Positions 55,977-64,000 of a stretch of 64,000 nt of DNA are shown piece by piece. Origin of the DNA: Epithemia pelagica (taxonomy: Eukaryota > Protista > Bacillariophyta); assembly GCA_946965045.2 (NCBI GenBank), contig OX337239.1, positions 558,001-622,000 on the forward strand, written 5' to 3'. The position numbers and the translations under genes were made by a program. Under the pieces are notes generated by a model. That model worked only from the letters and a program-made list of their open reading frames with translations, did not search any database and was not told the origin of the DNA. Positions within the stretch are counted from its first letter, which is position 1. The number at the start of each line of letters is the position of its first letter.

Positions 55977-56905
55977 TCATCCTTTGCAGCATCGGACGGA
56001 TTGTTCCTTGGGGCTTGTGGAAAACGCTCGAACCCTTGATGGATCTTTTTGTTTCATCTCTGGACAGCGACTAATCTGAGAATAATGTAAATGCGACCAA
56101 AACAATTTCGATCTATTTGTTACGCTCTCCCCCAGAAAATGGTAGGGAACGTTTAGTTCTATGCGATGGATGAACGAAAATGGAAACAAAGATAGACGAT
56201 GGTATACAAAGCAATGATACATTGAAAGCGGACCCCCAAAGCAGATTTGGTCATAGCAGCAGGGAGAGGCCGAAGCCGGAATTCGATCGGAAGCAAGCAT
56301 GATGCAACGGCCCCTCATCATGGGGTGCAGGAATATGCGCGGTTGGTAGATCACCCCAGGAGCATGATTTTGGGTGAGAATGTGTTTGACAATCTCATCA
56401 CTGATAGCATCGTATACCTCTTCCCAGGCCTCTTTTTGTTCCTCGGTAAGGTCCTGTTTGAGAAAGGTTTGAAGTGAGTAGAGCAAGGCCTCTCCCATGT
56501 AGGGAAAGAGAGAGGGACTGACACCCATGGCCTTGTGTTTACGGCCAACCTGTTTCAAGATTTCGACAATAAAGTCAATATCAGGTCCCAGTACTTGAAA
56601 GACGGAGTCAAACAATCCAGCAAAGGCCTTGGCATGTAACTCGGCCTGCGTGGCACCGGCCTGTTCGTCTTCATTGTACCCAAAGACAGCCTTGGCACGA
56701 GGTTGGAGTTCAAAGAGTCTGTGTATCCAATCAAAGATGAGGTTATTGAGATATGAAATGCAACGAGAAACAACAATCATGAACGTTTTACGTACTTTTT
56801 CAATGCCACCATTCCAAACTCCGAGTCAAAGGTATCACTGCTAAAGCGGGCTGCGTCCCATGTTTCGAGGACAATGGCGATGGTGGAGTATCCAACTTCT
56901 TTCAT
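55977..56905 (-). CDS. Single-domain 3/3 globin, copy A, with C-terminal read-through extension
   Basis: Exons 56905-56796 and 56718-55977; CD1 Phe (AVF), E7 His (LHAKAF), F8 His (GRKH); lacks the stop present in the paralogue. Confidence 0.8.
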
Positions 56906-58234
56906 GATCATTTAGTGTTTGCTGGGTGAAAAGGTCCTTGTCGATTGGAAGCGTTTGGTTTTTGTGAGCTTTGCAGTGTATGGTTTCGTTGGCGGCACCG
57001 AACCAAATGCAATACAAAAAGAACATTCCCTGCATGAGCTTTGTACGTCCGACCAGTCAAAGACTGCATATGTATCTTAACCCTGTTTCATAGAGCGTTC
57101 GTTGAGAGATTCGCATTGGATCATTCTTGACACAGCATCAACGATCACACATGACACTGCGAGCTCTCCTACTTTTGTTAATCAAAAGTAGTTGGCATCA
57201 TCACCATCACCAAAGTGTGCTATGAACGATGGAATAGAATAAGAAGAACATATATTGTCTCGGATGCTTTTGACTGCAAATCCGAACAATCTGGTTGTAT
57301 TTTATGAGAGAAGGAGTTCAAAAAATTATTGAATCCGAACCCAAAGCGCTTCACACAGGTCGGAACGCGTATAACACCTGGTAGGGGATGACTCGCGCGA
57401 GCAAGAATCCGAACCCACGAACAACAACAGAGACACCCAAGCAGATGTCAAATAAAGTTGCCGATGTACTGTACGGTCGGCGTTGGGCAAGGAGCAAGGA
57501 GGGAAAAGTCTACCTAATACGCCAACTGACTGTGGGTCGAAAATCGAAAATGCGAAGGATCTTTAACTCCTTTTATTTACTCGGTTCAGAGCACCAATGG
57601 ATTTGGAGAAAGAATCAGAATAGATCAAGAAAAGAAACGAATAAGAGAGCATAGGAACAAGAGACAAAAGAGCTTTCGGACAGATAGAGCAAGCATTCGG
57701 CTTCACTGCCATCTTTGATATCGTTGTTGTTTTGAAGCATCTCGGACCCGATAACATGTTTAACGATGCAGCTTTCGCCTCTCGCACCTCCTTGCAACCA
57801 TCATTCTTTTGTTGTTGACATGAGAGATATGAGATCATGGTCATCGGGATGGGGTATGGTACCTTAAGGTTAAGAGCTCGAGCACGACGAGATCGCGACC
57901 GAATGGAGTGGACATATGGACGGACGAAGATTTGCAGATCCATCCATCATCCCTCCAAAGTAACCATGGGCGATCCATCATAGAATCATGTTGTGAATCT
58001 TAGAGTTTGACTTGACCGTGACAAACAAAAGTATTCACATTCTGTGTGGCTTTCCTTCCTGGTGGGCTCGGAGTCGGAATAAGTGCCGATCTACTTATTG
58101 AATCCATTTGGTTCTTTGGATGCCCTTGTGTCGCTCGTTTCGCTTACTGATCGCATGATATAGCATACTTCGTAGCCAAGGGCGCCAGCAAGAACAGAAA
58201 AGCTTTCTCCAAGGTTTAGCATATTGTTTCAGAA

Positions 58235-59470
58235 ATGAGTTATTCGCATCAGAAGCCAGAAACCGTGGAATTTTGGAATTCGTTTTATCGTCGACAACAA
58301 CAAGAAGCGAACTTGTCATTAACAACTGGCAATGAGGAGGAGGAGGAGGACGATCTCGGAAAACCGGACGGTGAAATTAGCAACAAGAGCAACGGTGCCA
58401 ACAATAAGGAATGGATTGTGCATCCAACTCGTGCCTTGCTGGACAAGCTGTTTCGTTCGTCTCTCGAAAAACAACAAGAACATGGCCATCCACTTCGTAT
58501 TTTGGAGATTGGATGTGGAACGTCCACGCTGAGTCGTGAGGTCTACTTGTATTTTCATACCAACGAAGGTACGATTGTGGAGGATCAAATGAACCATCGT
58601 CGGGTGCATGTGGTTGCGACCGATGTGAGTGCGGTTTGTATCGATCAAATGAACGAAAGGGATGCGACATGGCTTTCCACCCGCCTCGATTCAGAAAATG
58701 CAACTCAAGATGACGGCAACTCACGGGTGGACGGAGTAGAACATTTGACCGGCTTGGAATATTGCGTTGTAGATCTCACCAATTCTCGATCGGCTCCAGA
58801 ATGGTTTGAGAACTATTTTGACTATATTTTGGACAAAGGCTGTTTGGATACCTTTGTGTTTCGAAGTCGCAATCGGGGCTCTTCTTCTCGAGGTCTAGTG
58901 GAGTGTGTCTTGGACAATCTTTGGTCTTGGTTAAATCCTTGCACGGGACGATACCTCATTTTGACGCCACGTTCCAGAGTTCTCCCCCAAGTACGATCCT
59001 TTTCCGGCTTGAAGGTTCTTCCACGACATGTGTTGGATACAAGTCAATTTGCACCTGCCGATTTGGATGGTACACGGGCAAGGAATAGCACACCCGCAAG
59101 CCATTGCTCGAGCCCGACCGCGGCTGTAACGAACCAACGTTCGATCACAGACGGGGACAATACTTGTATGGATTCCAATGATTTGAACAATATCAATTCT
59201 GAGCAGCAAAAGCCGACACAAAATCACTCCCCACCGACAACAGAGAACTCAGCACCCAAGACATTTTTGTACGAATGCATCAAGACAAGCAAAGAAAGGG
59301 ACAACGGAGACGCGTCTCCAGGCTCAAGTGGTATTTCGAATGACACGTCATGTCCCAACTGCTCGATAACTTTTGAAAAGTTTTGCAAGGGAGAACCTTT
59401 GGAGGGACGGGGTCATTTGTTCTGGTATCGTAAATGGCGGGGACATCTTCAGCACTGCTCCACGACGTGA
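58235..59470 (+). CDS. Class I SAM-dependent methyltransferase (METTL13/EEF1AKMT4-like)
   Basis: FWNSFY, motif I ILEIGCGTS, VATDVS, FDYILDKGCLD; C-terminal CPNC...HLQHC. Confidence 0.85.
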   Translation: MSYSHQKPETVEFWNSFYRRQQQEANLSLTTGNEEEEEDDLGKPDGEISNKSNGANNKEWIVHPTRALLDKLFRSSLEKQQEHGHPLRILEIGCGTSTLSREVYLYFHTNEGTIVEDQMNHRRVHVVATDVSAVCIDQMNERDATWLSTRLDSENATQDDGNSRVDGVEHLTGLEYCVVDLTNSRSAPEWFENYFDYILDKGCLDTFVFRSRNRGSSSRGLVECVLDNLWSWLNPCTGRYLILTPRSRVLPQVRSFSGLKVLPRHVLDTSQFAPADLDGTRARNSTPASHCSSPTAAVTNQRSITDGDNTCMDSNDLNNINSEQQKPTQNHSPPTTENSAPKTFLYECIKTSKERDNGDASPGSSGISNDTSCPNCSITFEKFCKGEPLEGRGHLFWYRKWRGHLQHCSTT

Positions 59471-60625
59471 TTGATGACAGTTTGTGTACCGACCAACGAA
59501 AACTAAGTTGAAGGTTTGACTCAAAAGTACCAAACAAGCAATTATTTTTCAATTGACAAAAGAGTTATCTCATACTCAGTTGGCATGGTGCTAGGATTGT
59601 GACGGTGGTACCGACACTTTGGACATGAACTGTTATCGGAATGCATTGATTCCCTTGCTCGGAATATAAGTAGCGCAACCAATACCCCAGAAAGTTTAAT
59701 CTTACGCTGACATGCCCACAAGAATCAAACCGAACGACTCAGGGAAGCTTTGGCGTCGTCTCCGAATCTTTCTGCCATAGATGATCGAACCAGAACATCA
59801 TTACAAGAACCTGTTGACTTGGTGAAGCCCCTTCTGGGATGATGGCGTGGAAGGGTCACTCCATATTGCCTGTCAACATGGTGGTTCCTGTGGAGGTTTA
59901 TTACTGGAGCTCTATGATGAGACTTCGAGCGAGCAACGCAAAACAACGATGAGCAGGGACCGTGAAGAACTTGGTACTGTACACACTCAAAAGGCAACCA
60001 ACACTTGAGATTTGACAGCTAGATACCGTTTGTGCGACGACCACTGTTGTGTTGGTAGCCTCGTGCTTTTATAGAGTCGTCTTGACGGAGGGCAAGGTAT
60101 CGCATGAGGCTAATCTTCACATGATCGTGCAAAGGATCTGACTTGAGATTGAGAGCAATGGGATTTAGGGGATAGACGCGTGCGCCGGCCCTGCATTGCT
60201 TCCGAAAGCGCGCCAGGCGGTATGGTCTTCGGCACGGAACTAGTCTCGATTTCAAATGCGAAAAGGTGTTTGTTCGGGAGCTTCAAACGTGCTTAGTGAT
60301 ACCGCAGGTTATCCCCATGTTATGTTTGGATTAGATCGGACAGTCCATGAACGAATCTTCAAATGTCATCGACTGGTGATTTGAGTTTCTTCCTGGTAGA
60401 CGTTGTAACTATCAAACGGCGATAAGCTAAAATATATCTTAATATGTACAAGCGTAATTCTCCCAACCAAAAGAAAAGGTTTGTGATACGGATCCTTGTT
60501 GGGATCATTGGTGCAGATATCTAGGAGTTGTCAGCAAATGGAAATAATGCACACTTGTGTAATATCTTGGCTTGCTGTGGTCATGGCATTCCTGGTTGTT
60601 CTGTTGATTGCGATTACACGAACTT

Positions 60626-61156
60626 CTAATTGAGAATGTTTTTCACGATCTCGTTGCTGATAGCATCGTATACCTCCTCCCAAGCAGTTGTTTGCTCTGC
60701 TGTTAGATCTCTCTTTAGGAAGGTTTTCAGAGCATGCATCAAGGCCTGGCCCATGTAGGGAAAGAAGGAAGGATTCACTCCCATAGACTTATGTTTCCGG
60801 CCAACCTGTTTCAAAATATCAGCAATGAAATCGATATCAGGTCCCAACATTTGAAAGACTGAATCGAACAACCCTGCAAACGCCTTGGCATGAATTTGTG
60901 CTTTCGCCTTGCCAAGATCTTCGCCCTCATTGTAGCCAAACACCGCTTTTGCTCGAGGTTGGAGTTCAAACAATCTAAAGGAGAAAGGCATAACTTAGTA
61001 CTTTTATGTCAATCATCATGTCGGCGGTGAAAGTGGCCGTACTTACTTTTCCAACGCAACCATTCCAAAATCTGAGTCAAATTTGTCGCTGCTAAACCGA
61101 GCGGCATCCCATGTTTCGGGAACAATAGCGATCGTGCTGTATCCAACTTCTTTCAT
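60626..61156 (-). CDS. Single-domain 3/3 globin, copy B (152 aa)
   Basis: Exons 61156-61047 and 60974-60626; LFELQP, AVF, IHAKAF, GRKH, AWEEVY; ends KNILN*. Confidence 0.9.
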
Positions 61157-61484
61157 GTTTGCTTCGTGGTTGTGCTTGTGAGTTTGATGAGACGATTTTG
61201 CCGGAATCAAAAATTATGAGTTGATTCAAACTTGCCCAGAATCATGATGGACGAAAAGATACTAAGAACTTGGACTCAGTAGGTGATGCAAAAAGTCGGG
61301 CACCTTGATCCTTGATATCAAATGAATGGGTCTTTCGAACCGTTTACGACTAGCTATTACGAGGAATTACAAAATCCTTTTTGGGTATCAACAAAAGTAA
61401 AGGAACAAGGAACAACCATATAATCGATTATTGTATTGTGTATTGTTTATTGATTAGCTGTCGCTCGGTAAGGTTTGGGAATTA

Positions 61485-61599
61485 ACTACCCCCTCTAGCG
61501 GAAGGGTGAGTCCTGGTCGTGAATGAGAGAGGGAGCGCATTCTGATACTCACACCACCGTCATTCACGAGCACGACTCACCCTTCCGCTAGGGGGTAGT
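61485..61599. mobile_element. MITE-like 115-bp hairpin element
   Basis: ~40-bp inverted repeat ACTACCCCC(TC)TAGCGGAAGGGTGAGTC...GTGAATGA; no TSD found. Confidence 0.55.
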
Positions 61600-62941
61600 A
61601 GATAAACTACCTACCTAGGTATCCGTAGATTAACCCATTGGGCGCAGCTCGCTATGTAGTTGTAGCGAGCCCAGCGAGCAATCTAAACTACCAGGAGTAC
61701 GAGTAATACTCGTAGGTACTCCTAATTGAATTGACGTGAGACTATCATCTATTACAACGGTATGCTTCTGCCACAATATCCAATATCCAATGGCTAATGG
61801 CTAATTATTGCGCCTAGCGACTAGCGACCATCGACCCGAGAGCTCTAAGCTCTAAGCTCTAAGACATGTTATGTGGACAAGGCAGACACCACAAAGCATA
61901 ATCAAAGTGTCTTCGGGCCCTTCACCTTCAAAATATCGAATTATAGTTTGTTATGGAATCCGAACCCATCTAAATTGAAGTATCCTCTTATCGACCATAG
62001 TTGCAAAGGCCAATAATTGCCAATTGCCAAAGTCCAAAGGAGTCTTTCATCTCTGCTGACTTTCGACCCAAGGATCTTCTTTTTTCGCCTCCGTTGTCTT
62101 ATTCCAGCAAAAACAAGTTCGCAAGGTTTGAAAGTGTACATTAGTCGTTAAGATACCCATTGATTTCCCCTGACACAACTACGAAGACTTTCGAAGCCGG
62201 GATTGATTCTTTGTTCTCGACGAACAACATCTGGGAAGGACCGGTGGCCGCAGACTTGGTCCATTGCGAACTTCCGTTGCATTATTGCAGAGTCTCGTGA
62301 TTTTGCTCTTTGTAGTTGGGGTTAGCCTAAGGATATGTGAACGAATGGATGCGTAGGGAATCTTTGTGCACATCCGGCCAGTATGATTTGTGTGGTGGCA
62401 CTTCAGCACCACTTCAGTTGTTGCGACCAACGTTTCTAAATCATGGGATTTGAATTGTTGGAGAGCCAATGTTTCACGATCTGGGTCGGTGTTGAAACAA
62501 CAAAACTTCCAAAATCATGTCGATTAGGGTAATAGGTGTATTGAAAATCATGTCTGCTAGAAGTTAGGAGTAGAATCCGTAAAGTGCCATCAGTGTCTTC
62601 TCGAGTGCGTTCGGGCTCTTCTTTGACCCCGTTCTACCGTAAATACGGTAGTCTGTGTTTCGTGGATAAGAAGGGATCTACCCGTTGCGCTGCCTACCTC
62701 TACGACGGTAGAGCATCTTTCTATGCTGCTAGAGGTATGCTAGCTGATGACCGGCCTGCCATTGACTCTTGTAGTCACGAATTTGCCTTTTGCCTCCACG
62801 TGGCAGGAATCTTCTGTCGGTTGAATCGCTGTTCAACCGTCAAGGCTTAATTGATAGTCGCATTTGTAGAACTCGCTTTCCTCTCCATCTCAATCGCCCT
62901 CCTCGGACTCGGACCTCCTACCTCGTCTCGAGGGGAGTGAA

Positions 62942-62980
62942 ATGACAGACTTTCATGACAGACTTTCATGACAGACTTTC
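62942..62980. repeat. 13-bp minisatellite x3
   Basis: ATGACAGACTTTC three times. Confidence 0.9.
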
Positions 62981-63540
62981 GGATAAACTTTCAACTCTAG
63001 AGGGAATTTCGGCCCAACGAGATTCACTCTATACATTTTCCCGAAGTAAAAAACTAAGATGAATTGCCCCTCATCCCTCACATGGACCGACCGATCAATG
63101 AGATGCTCAATCTCAAGATATGCAAACTATCCTCACACACACCATGGCGAGGAGGCTCTAACACAACAGCAATCAACCCGCCTCCTCTACTTGTATGAAC
63201 ATGACTAATTGAGTGTGAGCATGTACTAGTTAGCTTTGTACATACTTGTATGTGTCATACTCGTAGGCAATCGTTTCGTCCATCCATCCTCGTTCACCAT
63301 CCTGTCTTTTGCCTGCATCGATCCATTTGTCTTTGTCTTTGTTTATTGTTGTTTCACCATCCAGTAAGAGTGTCAAGATTCGATAAGGTGCTCTCGTTTA
63401 CGGCGTCCACTCCTTCTTCCACTCGAACTGTGTTATCGGAAGCAGCCGAATGGTGCTGTTGCCATGCCGTCATCGCCGATTGTTTTGCCGTTGGGCAGAA
63501 ACGAGGAGTTGATTGTTGAGTATGTTGTTCTTGTGGTTGT

Positions 63541-63605
63541 AGCCGCATGTTGTTGTTGTCGCTGTCGTTGTTGTAGCCGCATGTTGTTGTTGTCGCTGTC
63601 GTTGT
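63541..63605. repeat. 34-bp-period tandem duplication within a GTT-rich tract
   Basis: AGCCGCATGTTGTTGTTGTCGCTGTCGTTGT repeated at 63541 and 63575. Confidence 0.8.
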
Positions 63606-64000
63606 CGACGCTTGCTGTCTTGTCGCATGTCGTTGCTGCAGTCGCCGCATGTCGTTGTTGCTTCTTGTTGTCATTGGCGGGCACAGTCTCGTGCACTGGG
63701 TTCGGTGACAGCGAGTAGTTGATTGTTGCGTGCGGGTTGTTTTTGTTGTTGTTGCCGAGTGTTGTCATTGTTCGTTGTTCGTTGGCAGCGAGAAATTGGT
63801 AGGTGATTGTTTGCTGCTTCCTTGGCGTGGTTGGTTCCATCATTGTTGGGTCCAAACGAGCAGTCTGATTACGGGAAATCAAGACACTAAAAGGCAATAT
63901 TCTCTCTATCATGTGTAGATATGATGTTGGTTGGGAACATTTTTTTGTATTGTAAATAGAAGATACTACAAAAATAAAAAGTTTTCCCGAATGTCTGTCA

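Noticed and set aside
61700-61870. Cluster of tiny tandem and palindromic repeats (CAATATC, GCTCTAA, GAGTACGAGTA...TACTCGTAGGTACTC)
   Set aside because: Too short to assign a function; no element boundaries found

Overview
Eukaryotic genomic DNA that looks like a pennate diatom (inferred from CoDi-type Ty1/copia elements, GT-AG introns and diatom-type ankyrin, RXL/Lys-rich secreted and globin genes). Transposons dominate the first 40 kb. (1) A recently inserted non-autonomous copia at 1488-6895 has apparently identical LTRs, TSD CTTGG, and a catalytically dead polyprotein whose reading frame is still open. (2) An intact autonomous relative at 7392-15721 (TSD ATCCC) carries an extra upstream ORF and a chromodomain-like integrase tail. 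Both sit in the same ankyrin-repeat gene and share a primer-binding site that looks complementary to a tRNA-Asn anticodon arm. (3) An intact piggyBac-like transposase, (4) a 1.85-kb MULE-like TIR element with a 10-bp TSD, and (5) a second-lineage copia at 30736-39800 (minus) with non-canonical AGTC...GACT ends and a ~900-aa Gag-Pro insertion. Element 5 sits in one copy of a 6.16-kb tandem duplication whose second copy shows the empty site. Host genes: two signal-peptide glutaredoxins (CPFS vs CPFC), a small membrane protein, a large secreted Lys-rich protein, duplicated ThrE-like exporter and low-complexity protein genes, a probably broken STAND/AAA-TPR gene, two globins with the B12.2 intron, and a SAM methyltransferase. 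No rRNA, tRNA or CRISPR arrays were recognised. All comparisons were made by eye; no database searches were run.
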